A stretch of 64,000 nucleotides of DNA from an uncultured Veillonellaceae bacterium (GTDB lineage Bacteria > Bacillota > Negativicutes > Selenomonadales > Selenomonadaceae). The notes under the pieces were generated by a model. It worked only from the letters and a program-made list of their open reading frames with translations, was not told where the DNA came from and did not search any database. Below are positions 26,588 through 34,988 of the stretch, one piece after another; the first letter of the stretch is position 1; each line of letters begins with the position of its first letter. The position numbers and the translations under genes are program-made. The stretch spans positions 16,071 to 80,070 of the forward strand of contig OMZR01000001.1 of the NCBI GenBank assembly GCA_900315575.1, given 5' to 3'.

Positions 26588-27913
26588 ATGAAAAAGACAC
26601 TCGTTTCTGCACTCACCACGGCGCTCGTTATCGGCGCTGCTTCCACGACGTTCGCTGCTTCGAACCCGTTCTCCGATGTCCCGGCAGACCACTGGGCATA
26701 TGATGCTGTCAGCCAGCTCGCTGCCGACGGCGTCATCACGGGCTATGGCGACAGCACGTTCCAGGGCAACCGCAACATCACGCGTTATGAGATGGCGCAG
26801 ATGATTGCAAAGGCCATGGCAAAGACGGATGTTTCCGCTGCCGACAAGGCCATGATCGACAAGCTCGCTGCTGAGTTCTCCGATGAGCTCAACAACCTCG
26901 GCGTCCGCGTCTCGAACCTCGAGAAGCACTCCGATATGGTGAAGTGGAACGGCAAGCTGCGTTACACGTATGACAGCAAGCGCGTCGAGAAGGAAGACAG
27001 CAACGCGAAGGACAAGACGAACAAGGATGAGCTCCTGTTCCGCCTCGAGCCGACGGCGGAGGTCAATGACCACTGGAATGTCAAGGCACGTGTCGATGCC
27101 AAGACGTACATGGACAGCGACAGCGGTCAGAACGACAGCGACGAAGTCAAGCTGAAGAGAGCGTATGCAGAAGGCAACTACAAGAACTTCTCCACACAGC
27201 TCGGCAAATTCGGCCTCTACACGCCGGAGCAGGGCCTCGTCTTCGATGATGAGATGAGCGGCGCGAAAGTCACGTTCGGCAAGGATCTCAAGGCAAGTCT
27301 CTATGCTGGCCGCATCGACCTCTCTGACTCCGCGACGGCGAAGAACATGGCGAACGGCAGCACGCATTATGATGACACGGCCAACATCCAGGGCATCACG
27401 CTCCAGTATGACAACCCGGCGGCCAGCAAGCTCTCCGGCGGCGCTGCATACTATCATCTGAATTCCGACAGCTTCAAGGGCTCGACGGACAACAAGATCA
27501 ACAGCGGCATCCAGTATGCCGATGGCGATAACAAGGAAGACGAGGCCAATATCTGGTCCGTCAACGCTGCTTACAACTTCGATGGCACGAGCAAGCTCTC
27601 CGCTGCGTATGCGAACAACACGAGCGCAGATAACCTGAACTACAGCTGGCAGGCCCTCTACAACTACAAGGGCGCACAGGCTGAGAACAAGGGCACGTGG
27701 GGCGCTTACGCCGGCTACCGTTACCTCGGCACGAACGCTTCCCTCTTCGGCACGCAGGACGCTCAGATCGTCGGTGCCAAAGGCTGGGAGGTCGGCGCGA
27801 ACTACACGCCGTTCAAGAACGTCGTTGCTACGGCGAAGTACTTCAACGGCAAAGGCATCGAGTCCGATCGCGACGCAGAGACGCTCTGGGGCCGTGTCGA
27901 GTTCCTCTTCTGA
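26588..27913 (+). CDS. SLH-domain outer-membrane protein (Negativicutes porin/OM-anchor type, Mep45-like)
   Basis: Signal MKKTLVSALTTALVIGAASTTFA. SLH motif NPFSDVPADHWAYDAVSQLAADGVITGYGDSTFQGNRNITRYEMAQMIAKA. A coiled-coil, then a beta-rich C-terminus ending in F. Confidence 0.9.
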   Translation: MKKTLVSALTTALVIGAASTTFAASNPFSDVPADHWAYDAVSQLAADGVITGYGDSTFQGNRNITRYEMAQMIAKAMAKTDVSAADKAMIDKLAAEFSDELNNLGVRVSNLEKHSDMVKWNGKLRYTYDSKRVEKEDSNAKDKTNKDELLFRLEPTAEVNDHWNVKARVDAKTYMDSDSGQNDSDEVKLKRAYAEGNYKNFSTQLGKFGLYTPEQGLVFDDEMSGAKVTFGKDLKASLYAGRIDLSDSATAKNMANGSTHYDDTANIQGITLQYDNPAASKLSGGAAYYHLNSDSFKGSTDNKINSGIQYADGDNKEDEANIWSVNAAYNFDGTSKLSAAYANNTSADNLNYSWQALYNYKGAQAENKGTWGAYAGYRYLGTNASLFGTQDAQIVGAKGWEVGANYTPFKNVVATAKYFNGKGIESDRDAETLWGRVEFLF

Positions 27914-27974
27914 TGAACCAAGCTTCCTATCCTTTTATGGATCCCCATATATACTATGAGGTCATGTGCCTCAG

Positions 27975-28001
27975 CCCCCGCTTTTGCGGGGGTCTTTTTT
28001 T
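27975..28001 (+). terminator. rho-independent terminator after the SLH protein gene
   Basis: CCCCCGC-TTTT-GCGGGGG followed by a T-run. Confidence 0.8.
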
Positions 28002-28047
28002 GTGGGGGCGTATCTGGTAAAATGAAGAAAAATGTTGCTTTTAAGAG

Positions 28048-28229
28048 CAGCCCCCCTCATTGAGGGGGGACGGGCCCGAAGGGCGGGGGGAGTAGTAGGG
28101 AGCTATAGCCGAACAAAAAGCTGGTTGTAGGTAAAGGCTTTTAGCTGCAACGAAAAAACTCGTTCGGCTATCGCATCTTACTACTCCCACCACCGCTTCG
28201 CGGTCCCCCTCCCTCAATGAGGGAGGCTT
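28048..28229. mobile_element. MITE-like composite element: two inverted family-A heads flanking a palindromic core
   Basis: The left arm GCAGCCCCCCTCATTGAGGGGGGACGGGCCCGAAGGGCGGGGGGAGTAGTAGGG is an imperfect inverted repeat of the right arm CTTACTACTCCCACCACCGCTTCGCGGTCCCCCTCCCTCAATGAGGGAGGCTT. The core contains ATAGCCGAAC...GTTCGGCTAT. Confidence 0.8.
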
Positions 28230-28257
28230 AAGGTAGAATAGGAAGGAGCTTTTCCTC

Positions 28258-29064
28258 ATGCAGTCCCCCAAAATCATCTTTTCCGACATCGACGGCACGT
28301 TTCTCCAGGACGACCACACGGTCAGCGCACGCAATGCTGAGGCCGTCCGTGCCCTGCTAGCTTCGGGCATCCCGTTCGTCCTCGTCTCGGCGCGCATGCC
28401 CGAGGCCATTTACCCGATCATGCAGTCCATCGGTGTCACGATCCCGATTATCAGCTACAGCGGTGCGCTTGCGCTGACGGCGGAAGGCGAGACGCTCGAG
28501 GATGTCCGTGTCGATGCAGGTGCTGCGGGCATGGTGCTGAGCGCCCTCGAAGACCGCTACCCGGAGCTCACGGTCAACTATTACGCTGGCCGCCGCTGGT
28601 ACGTCCGCGACGAAGATGACCCGCGCGTGCGCCACGAAGAGGACATCACGCATGCAAAATCCGAGCGCGGCAACTTCGACATGCTGCTCTCCATCAACAC
28701 GCTGCCGAGCAAGATTCTGCTCATGGGCGAGCCCGCCGTCTGCGAGCGCGCCGAGAGCGACCTCGCGGCCGCCTACCCCATGCTCCACGTCGTCCGCTCC
28801 GCGCCGAACCTCGTCGAAATCATGGAAGCCAGCGTCTCGAAAGAAAGCGGCATCCGCGCCATGCTCGGCCATTACGGTCTGACCGCAGACGACGCCCTTT
28901 CGTTTGGCGACAACTACAACGACCTCGAGATGCTGCGTTTCACAAAGACGAGCGTCGCTATGGCCAACGCCCCAGAAGACATCAAAAAAGCCGCCACCGA
29001 CGTCACGAAAAGCAACGCCGAGGACGGCATCTGGTGGTGGCTGAAAGAGAAGGGGATTATCTGA
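28258..29064 (+). CDS. Cof-type HAD-IIB family hydrolase
   Basis: IIFSDIDGTFL, FVLVSARMP, SFGDNYNDLEML, DVTKSNAEDGI. Confidence 0.9.
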   Translation: MQSPKIIFSDIDGTFLQDDHTVSARNAEAVRALLASGIPFVLVSARMPEAIYPIMQSIGVTIPIISYSGALALTAEGETLEDVRVDAGAAGMVLSALEDRYPELTVNYYAGRRWYVRDEDDPRVRHEEDITHAKSERGNFDMLLSINTLPSKILLMGEPAVCERAESDLAAAYPMLHVVRSAPNLVEIMEASVSKESGIRAMLGHYGLTADDALSFGDNYNDLEMLRFTKTSVAMANAPEDIKKAATDVTKSNAEDGIWWWLKEKGII

Positions 29065-29071
29065 TGGAGTG

Positions 29072-29096
29072 GCTCCCTCTGAGAGGGAGCTTTTTT
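29072..29096. terminator. bidirectional terminator between convergent HAD and symporter genes
   Basis: GCTCCCTC-TGA-GAGGGAGC followed by TTTTTT. Confidence 0.75.
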
Positions 29097-30447
29097 ATTC
29101 TCCCTGTTTCTTCCTCCACTCCATATACGCTTTCGTCTCTGCCACAATGACACCGGAGAGAGCGAGCAGCGCGATGAGGTTCGGGATGGCCATGAGGCCG
29201 TTGACGATGTCGGCGAGAATCCAGATGGCTTCGAGCTTCAGGAACGCGCCCGAGGCGATCAGGACGATGAAGATCAGGCGGTACGGCAGGACGCCTTTTG
29301 TGCCGAAGAGGTAGATGCAGGCGCGCTCGCCATAATAGTTCCAGCCGAGGATGGTCGTGAAAGCGAACAACACGAGCGAAATCGTGAGCAGGCTGCTGCC
29401 GACCGTGCCGTACGTCGAGGCGAATGCTGCGCTCGTCATGGCCGCGCCGGCCGCATCGCCCTGCCAGACGCCCGTCAGCACGAGCGCGATGCCCGTCATC
29501 GTGCAGATGATGATTGTGTCGATGAACGTGCCCGTCATGGAAATGAGGCCCTGCTCGGCCGGCCATTTCGTTTTCGCAGCGGCCGCTGCAATCGGCGCGG
29601 AACCGAGGCCGGACTCATTCGAGAATACGCCGCGCGCGATGCCGTTCTGCATGGCCATCATGATGGTCGAGCCTGCGAAACCGCCGACGGCTGCCGTGCC
29701 CGTGAAAGCGCTTTCGACAATCATGCCGATGGCTTCGGGAATGCGCGTGTAGTCCGCGACGATGAGGCCGAAGGAAATGGCGATGTAGAGGAATGCCATG
29801 AACGGGATGATTTTCGAGGCGACTTTCGCGATGCTCTGCAGGCCGCCGATCGTGATGGCGGCGATGAAGAACGTCAGGATGGCGTCCGTCGCGATTTTCG
29901 GGAAGCCGAACGACAGCTCCATGCTGTCGACGATGGCGTTGACCTGCGGGAACGTGCCGATACCGAAGTACGCGACGCCGATGCAGGCGAGCGCGAAGAA
30001 TGTCGCAAGCGGCTTCCACTTCTCGCCCATGCCGTTCTTGATGTAGAACATCGGGCCGCCGGCAATTTCGCCCTTTTCATCGACAGAGCGGTATTTGACG
30101 GCGAGCAGGCCCTCGGAATATTTCGTCGCCATGCCGAAGAACGCCGCGACCCACATCCAGAAAATCGCGCCGGGGCCGCCGACCTTGACGGCTGTTGCGA
30201 CGCCGACGATGTTGCCTGTGCCGACCGTCGCCGCGAGCGCGACGCAGAGCGCCTTGAACGATGAGACGTCGCCCTCGCCGTTGTTCTTCGCGGAGAAAAT
30301 GAGCCGCAGCGCGGTCGGGAGCTTGAAGACCTGGATGAGCCCGAGCCGCACGGTCAGGTAGATGCCCGTGCCGACGAGCAGCGTGATGAGCGGCGGCCCC
30401 CACATGAAGGAGTCGATCGCGTTGAGCATGGGGATGAGTGATTCCAT
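29095..30447 (-). CDS. alanine/glycine:cation symporter (AGCS) family protein
   Basis: LVGTGIYLTVRLGLIQV, ALCVALAATVGTGNIVGVATAVKVGGPGAIFWMW, GIARGVFSNESGLGSAPIAAAAAKT. Confidence 0.9.
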   Translation of the reverse strand: MESLIPMLNAIDSFMWGPPLITLLVGTGIYLTVRLGLIQVFKLPTALRLIFSAKNNGEGDVSSFKALCVALAATVGTGNIVGVATAVKVGGPGAIFWMWVAAFFGMATKYSEGLLAVKYRSVDEKGEIAGGPMFYIKNGMGEKWKPLATFFALACIGVAYFGIGTFPQVNAIVDSMELSFGFPKIATDAILTFFIAAITIGGLQSIAKVASKIIPFMAFLYIAISFGLIVADYTRIPEAIGMIVESAFTGTAAVGGFAGSTIMMAMQNGIARGVFSNESGLGSAPIAAAAAKTKWPAEQGLISMTGTFIDTIIICTMTGIALVLTGVWQGDAAGAAMTSAAFASTYGTVGSSLLTISLVLFAFTTILGWNYYGERACIYLFGTKGVLPYRLIFIVLIASGAFLKLEAIWILADIVNGLMAIPNLIALLALSGVIVAETKAYMEWRKKQGE

Positions 30448-30574
30448 AAAATTGCTGCCTCCTTGCGCGTACGTGTGTGACGTACATTTTGGATTAAAAA
30501 TAAGGACAGTTCCTATTGTAGCACAAGAAAGGACAGCTGTCTCCTGATTCGCGAGAAAAAGTTACAGAGAGTTC

Positions 30575-30703
30575 GTGGTCGCGGAGATTTGTTCGTGCTC
30601 GGACGCGGCCATGGGAGGTCTGTCGAAACCCACGGACGATTCCTTAACGGGTTTCTTGCAGACCTCCCATGGCCGCTCGAAGTTTGGCCTGGCGCACGCG
30701 AAG
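30575..30703 (+). repeat. family-B structured repeat (copy B1)
   Basis: Perfect 18-bp outer stem GCGGCCATGGGAGGTCTG (30605..30622) / CAGACCTCCCATGGCCGC (30659..30676). Inner stem GAAACCC/GGGTTTC. Conserved loop ACGGACGATTCCTTAAC. Flanks GTGGTCGCGGAG ... GGCGCACGCGAAG. Confidence 0.9.
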
Positions 30704-30715
30704 TTGATTTTTCGT

Positions 30716-30800
30716 CAGCCCCCCCCCTCATTGAGGGGGGACGGGCCCGAAGGGCGGGGGGAGTAGTTGGGTGCTGGAGCCTGACAAATCATCGCTTCCC
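30716..30800 (+). repeat. family-A head plus fragment of the composite-element core
   Basis: CAGCCCCCCCCTCATTGAGGGGGGACGGGCCCGAAGGGCGGGGGGAGTAGTTGGGTGCTGGAG. The last part matches the reverse complement of 39172..39190. Confidence 0.75.
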
Positions 30801-30810
30801 TAAGCTCATT

Positions 30811-32940
30811 TCATAAAATCCCCACCATCTTCAGCAGATACTCCGCATTCGTCGTGACGCACCGTCCCTCCCTCAGCCGGTAGTCAAACGCGATCTTTCC
30901 ATCCTCATAGTGTTCTTCAAAATGGGCGTTGCGGATGATGCCGCCTGGGGGTTCGAGCGTGCACAGTTCGAAATCATGCGTGGAGACGAGGGCGATGGTG
31001 TGGTCGTTTGTGAGACGCGAGAGCGCGGCTTCGGCACCGGTGATACGGTCGGCGCTGTTCGTGCCTTTGAAGATTTCATCGATGAGCAGCAGCAGCGGCT
31101 GGCCGGTTTCTTCAGCGGCGACCATGGTTTTGATGCGCAGGAGTTCGGCGTAGAAGGTGGAGATGCCGTGTGCGAGGTCGTCGTCGACGCGGATGGAGGT
31201 GTAGAGGGCGAGGGGCGAGAGGGCAAAGCGCTCAGCACAGACGGGGGCACCGGCCCAGGCGAGGATCGCGCTCATGCCGAGGGTGCGGAGCCAGGTGGTT
31301 TTGCCACTCATGTTCGATCCTGTGACGATGGTGGTGGAGGCGGCGAGGTCAGCGCTGTTTGGAACGGCGGTGGTTTCGGAGAGCAAGGGATTTTCGAGGG
31401 CCTGCGCAGTGATGTGCGGGCCTTTTTCTGCTGGCAGAAATTCGGGGTAGCAGAAGTGTACGCGCGTCGCAGGGATGGTGGAGAGGGAGAGCAGGACTTC
31501 GAATTCGCTCCAGACGGCGAGAAATCGTGGCAGGCGGGCGCCGTCCGTGCGGCACCAGCGGCGGAAAGAGAGGCCGGCGGCGAAGTCGAAGAGGAAGAGG
31601 GCGTTCGCGAGGGCGTAGAAGAAGAAGTTGCGGCGGGCTGCGACCCACGAGGCCAGGAGGGCGAGGCGGTGGAGGGATTGGGAGGCAGTGGTCGTGGTCG
31701 CGGAGGTTGGCTCGACGTTCGCGGAGTCGGGCTCGAGGTCGGACGCGGGCACGGGGGATTCACCGAAATCCACGGACGATTCCTTAACGGATTTCTTGTG
31801 AATCCCCCGTACCCGCTCGAAGGTTGGCTCGGCGCACGCGGAGTCGCTGTTCGTGGTCGCGGAGGTGGGCTCGTGGTCGGACGCGGTCAGGGGAGGCCTG
31901 CCGAAACCCACGGACGATTCCTTAACGGGTTTCTTGCAGGCCTCCTCTGCCCGCTCGAAGATGGGCTTGGCGCACGCGGAGGCACGATTCGTGGGCGCGA
32001 AGATTTGTTCGTGATCGGGCGTCGGCGCATCGCCGAGGAGGATGGATTGGAGTTCTGCTAAGTGGGGGCTGTGAAAGTGGGATTGTTCGATGGTGCGGAA
32101 GAGTTGCTCGTAGGCGGCAAGCGACGTTGCGAGGGGGCCGAGGAGAGCGAGGGCTTGGTCGGTTTGGCGGGCGGTGAGCCAGGCGAGGAGGAAGGAGAGG
32201 GCGAGGAGGGTGCCGGGGATGAGCCAGGAGAGGAGGCCCGCGGCGGCGCAGAGGAGGGTGATGAGGTTCAGGGGGACAAGCGTGACGCAGGCTGTGATGC
32301 GCCAGCGGGAGAGGCGGGGGCCTTCGCGGTCGAGGAGAGCGAGCAGGGGCGCTGTGTCGTGGCCTTCGGGCAGCAGGGCGCCGCAGGTTTCGAGCGTGAG
32401 GGCGAGGCGACGGTGTTCGGCGAGTTCGCGCAGGGCACCATGGCGAGCGCGGAGCAGGGTGGTGTCGTCAGGGGCTTTGGTGCGGAACGAGGCGGCGAGG
32501 CGGTCGCGGCCGGCTTTTGTGCGCGCACGGCAGAGATACTGATAGAGGGAGGCGGGGCCGAAGACGTGGAGGTCGGCGAACTGCGGCGGGGCACCCGGGG
32601 AGAGGCGGCCCGCGCCATCTTCGGGGAGCTGTTTCCAGCTGTCATCGAAACGTGCGAGAATGTCGGAGAGGACGGAGAGCTCGGCATCGCAGGTGAGAAT
32701 CTGCTGCGCGATGCGGTGGTGGCGCGTGACGAGCCGTACGAAAATGAACGCGAGCGCGATGGCGAGTGCATAGAATGGCGTGCGGCCGTCATAGCCCGCT
32801 GCGAAGGTGAAGACAGCGAGCGCGAAGGTCGCCGTGCGGAGAAATACAATCCGGCGGGATTCGCGGCGGAGCGTCGTACGGGTAGAAAGGGAGGTCTCGC
32901 GGGCGGAGAGGTAGAATTGGGAGAGGGAAGGAGCTGGCAT
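30811..32940 (-). CDS. MutS-related protein (membrane-associated N-terminal region plus MutS domain-V ATPase), carrying an in-frame repeat-derived insert
   Basis: C-terminal IVTGSNMSGKTTWLRTLGMSAILAWAGAPVCAE ... GISTFYAELLRIK ... LLLIDEIFKGTNSADRITGAEA ... LVSTHDFEL. Several hydrophobic helices lie N-terminally. The start MPAPSLSQFYL at 32940 is preferred because 32941..33153 is family-B repeat sequence. Confidence 0.8.
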   Translation of the reverse strand: MPAPSLSQFYLSARETSLSTRTTLRRESRRIVFLRTATFALAVFTFAAGYDGRTPFYALAIALAFIFVRLVTRHHRIAQQILTCDAELSVLSDILARFDDSWKQLPEDGAGRLSPGAPPQFADLHVFGPASLYQYLCRARTKAGRDRLAASFRTKAPDDTTLLRARHGALRELAEHRRLALTLETCGALLPEGHDTAPLLALLDREGPRLSRWRITACVTLVPLNLITLLCAAAGLLSWLIPGTLLALSFLLAWLTARQTDQALALLGPLATSLAAYEQLFRTIEQSHFHSPHLAELQSILLGDAPTPDHEQIFAPTNRASACAKPIFERAEEACKKPVKESSVGFGRPPLTASDHEPTSATTNSDSACAEPTFERVRGIHKKSVKESSVDFGESPVPASDLEPDSANVEPTSATTTTASQSLHRLALLASWVAARRNFFFYALANALFLFDFAAGLSFRRWCRTDGARLPRFLAVWSEFEVLLSLSTIPATRVHFCYPEFLPAEKGPHITAQALENPLLSETTAVPNSADLAASTTIVTGSNMSGKTTWLRTLGMSAILAWAGAPVCAERFALSPLALYTSIRVDDDLAHGISTFYAELLRIKTMVAAEETGQPLLLLIDEIFKGTNSADRITGAEAALSRLTNDHTIALVSTHDFELCTLEPPGGIIRNAHFEEHYEDGKIAFDYRLREGRCVTTNAEYLLKMVGIL
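31695..32020 (+). repeat. family-B tandem array (2 full units plus a partial) lying inside the MutS-related CDS
   Basis: Units have stems GCGGGCACGGGGGATTCAC/GTGAATCCCCCGTACCCGC and GCGGTCAGGGGAGGCCTG/CAGGCCTCCTCTGCCCGC around the conserved loop. They are translated on the minus strand as ..ACAKPIFERAEEACKKPVKESSVGFGRPP.. and ..ACAEPTFERVRGIHKKSVKESSVDFGESP.. Confidence 0.9.
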
Positions 32941-32955
32941 GGGAAAGATCCTTTC

Positions 32956-33296
32956 GTGGTCGCGGAGATTGGTTCGAGGTCGGACGTGGGCAGGGGGAGG
33001 TCTGCCGAACCCCACGGACGAGTCCTTAACGGGTTTCTTGCAGACCTCCCCTGCCCGCTCGAAGAATGGATTGGCGCACGCGAAGCTGCGGTTTGCGGTC
33101 GCGCAGATTTGTTTGAGGTCGGACGCGGACACGGGGGATTCACCGAAATCCACGGACGATTCCTTAACGGATTCCTTGCGAATCTCCCGTACCCGCTCGA
33201 AGTCTGGATTGGCGCACGCGGAGACGCTGTTCGAGGCCGCGGAGATTTGTTCGTGCGCGGGAGGAGGCCTGATGCACGCGGAGTAGCCTCGGAGCC
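32956..33296 (+). repeat. family-B tandem array (2 full units plus a partial)
   Basis: Same unit structure as B1. It lies between the MutS-related start and the stop of the upstream M48 gene. Confidence 0.9.
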
Positions 33297-33297
33297 A

Positions 33298-33390
33298 GCC
33301 CCCTTCTAGAGGGGGGACGGGCCCGAAGGGCGGGGGGAGTCCCTTGTACGGCTTAACAAAAAGCAGGGACAGATTTCCGCGGGTGCGATA
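33298..33390 (+). repeat. family-A structured repeat, long form (A3)
   Basis: GCCCCCTTCTAGAGGGGGG-AC-GGGCCCGAAGGGC-GGGGGGAGTCCCTTGTACGG...ATTTCCGCGGGTGCGATA. Confidence 0.85.
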
Positions 33391-33399
33391 GAGCGACGT

Positions 33400-34080
33400 T
33401 TACCGGTTTAAAAGCGTCCGTACCTTTTTCCACTCCGGCATAAACTTCGTCATGAGCCCATAGAACCTTGCATTGTGATATTTCTCGACAAGGTGCAGCA
33501 GCTCATGCAGCAGAATATAGTCGAGGCAGACCCTCGGATGATGGACGAGCTGCAAATTGATCCAGATCCTGCGGTCGCGGGTATTGCATGTCCCCCATCT
33601 TGTTTTCATGTCTTTTGTGCGCCATTCTTCGGCATAGAGGCCGGTGAGGTGCTCGATGACGGGCAGGCGCTCGGCGATGGCTTTGGAAAGTTCGCCGCGC
33701 AGGATCTCGCGCAAGAGCGCGGCGCGGTGGGCGGCATCGGTGCCGGGACGGACGCTGAGGATGATGCGCGTGCCGTCTTTTGCTGCATGCGGATGGCAGC
33801 CCGGCACTTCGTGCACGACGAGCACGTGCGGCTTGCCCCAGAGATAGAGCGTTTCGCCAGTCGCTGTGGAGGCGGGCGTCATCGGCGGGCGGCGTTGCAC
33901 GTCGGCGTATGCTTTTTGCAGCCAGCCCGCGCGGGCGCGCAAAAAAGCGTCGATGTCTTCGCGCCGCATGCGGATCGGGGCGGAGAGCAGCGCACGGCCG
34001 TCGGGCTTGACGCGCAGGTAGATGTTTTTGATACGTTTCTGCGTGACTTCGACCGGAATGCCGGCAACGGTGAGCTTCAT
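33400..34080 (-). CDS. M48-family/YgjP-like metallopeptidase (DUF45)
   Basis: RWGTCNTRDRRIWINLQLVHHPRVCLDYILLHELLHLVEKYHNARFYGLM (HExxH). Confidence 0.85.
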   Translation of the reverse strand: MKLTVAGIPVEVTQKRIKNIYLRVKPDGRALLSAPIRMRREDIDAFLRARAGWLQKAYADVQRRPPMTPASTATGETLYLWGKPHVLVVHEVPGCHPHAAKDGTRIILSVRPGTDAAHRAALLREILRGELSKAIAERLPVIEHLTGLYAEEWRTKDMKTRWGTCNTRDRRIWINLQLVHHPRVCLDYILLHELLHLVEKYHNARFYGLMTKFMPEWKKVRTLLNR

Positions 34081-34217
34081 GGAGATCGCCTCGCTTGCTG
34101 GAAGTTTCCTTCATTGTAAAGGAAAGCGGGAGGCGAGGCAAGCGCCTGACGCTTCGGGACAAGGATTTTTTCGCCGGATGTAGAATATAGACGGGAGAAA
34201 GGGAGGCGGAGCATTTT

Positions 34218-34988
34218 ATGAACGAACAGAAAGCGCAGGAACGGCCCGTCGTCGTGCAGGGCGCGATGTCCGTGGAGACAGCGGAGCTCATCGGGGCGAT
34301 GTCGGACGCGGTCGAGGAGCCGTTCGGCCCGTGGCGCATGGTGCGCGGGCAGCTCTTCGGCCATCCGCTCGTCGTTTGCGAGACGCAGTGGGGCATGGCG
34401 AATGCGGCGGCGCTTGCGGCCATCGCGATCGATCGGTATCATCCGGCCGCGCTCATCAGCCAGGGGACGGCGGGCGCGCATGAGGCGTCGCTCAATGTCT
34501 ACGACATCGTGCTCGGCGTGCAGACGGTCAATGAATCGGCATGGCAGTCGCATTATCGTCCGGTGGGCGCGGGTGCGCCTTATGACGATCTCAAGAAGCT
34601 CGGTGTCTTTGCCTGGGATGCGGAGAAAAAGGAATTTACGCAGGAGGTATCTCATGCGGCAGACGCGGGGCTGCTCGCGGCGGCGCGGCGGGCGGTGCCG
34701 CAGTATGCGCGCGGCAAGGTCGTGGAGGGCGTCATCGGGACGTGTGACAGCTGGAACTGCGCGATTGACCGCGTGAATTTCCTGCATGATTTCTATGGCT
34801 CGCTCTGCGAGGAAATGGAGGGCGACGCTGTTGCGCAGATCACGCAGTCGCTTGGTGTGCCGTTCCTTGCCATCCGGATCATTTCGAACAGCATTCTGCA
34901 TAATCAGGATCCGTGGGATCTCGGGACAGGGCCGGCGTGCCAGAGATTTGTGATGGAGGTGCTGAGGGAATGGTGGTCGCGGAAGTAG
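34218..34988 (+). CDS. mtnN: 5'-methylthioadenosine/S-adenosylhomocysteine nucleosidase
   Basis: VVVQGAMSVE, ISQGTAGA, EEMEGDAVAQI, FLAIRIISN. The last codons (..EWWSRK-stop) coincide with the left end of a family-B unit. Confidence 0.8.
   Translation: MNEQKAQERPVVVQGAMSVETAELIGAMSDAVEEPFGPWRMVRGQLFGHPLVVCETQWGMANAAALAAIAIDRYHPAALISQGTAGAHEASLNVYDIVLGVQTVNESAWQSHYRPVGAGAPYDDLKKLGVFAWDAEKKEFTQEVSHAADAGLLAAARRAVPQYARGKVVEGVIGTCDSWNCAIDRVNFLHDFYGSLCEEMEGDAVAQITQSLGVPFLAIRIISNSILHNQDPWDLGTGPACQRFVMEVLREWWSRK

Noticed and set aside
32941-33153. N-terminal 71 codons of ORF 30811..33153
   Set aside because: This stretch is entirely family-B repeat sequence translated in-frame (..CKKPVKDSSVGFGRPP..). 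The internal start MPAPSLSQFYL at 32940 begins the unique sequence, so I annotate the shorter CDS.
30910-33309. Two plus-strand ORFs (383 aa and 415 aa) opposite the MutS-related gene
   Set aside because: They are Gly/Glu/Arg-rich antisense frames that also read through the family-B repeats. The minus strand carries the Walker A/B MutS domain V.
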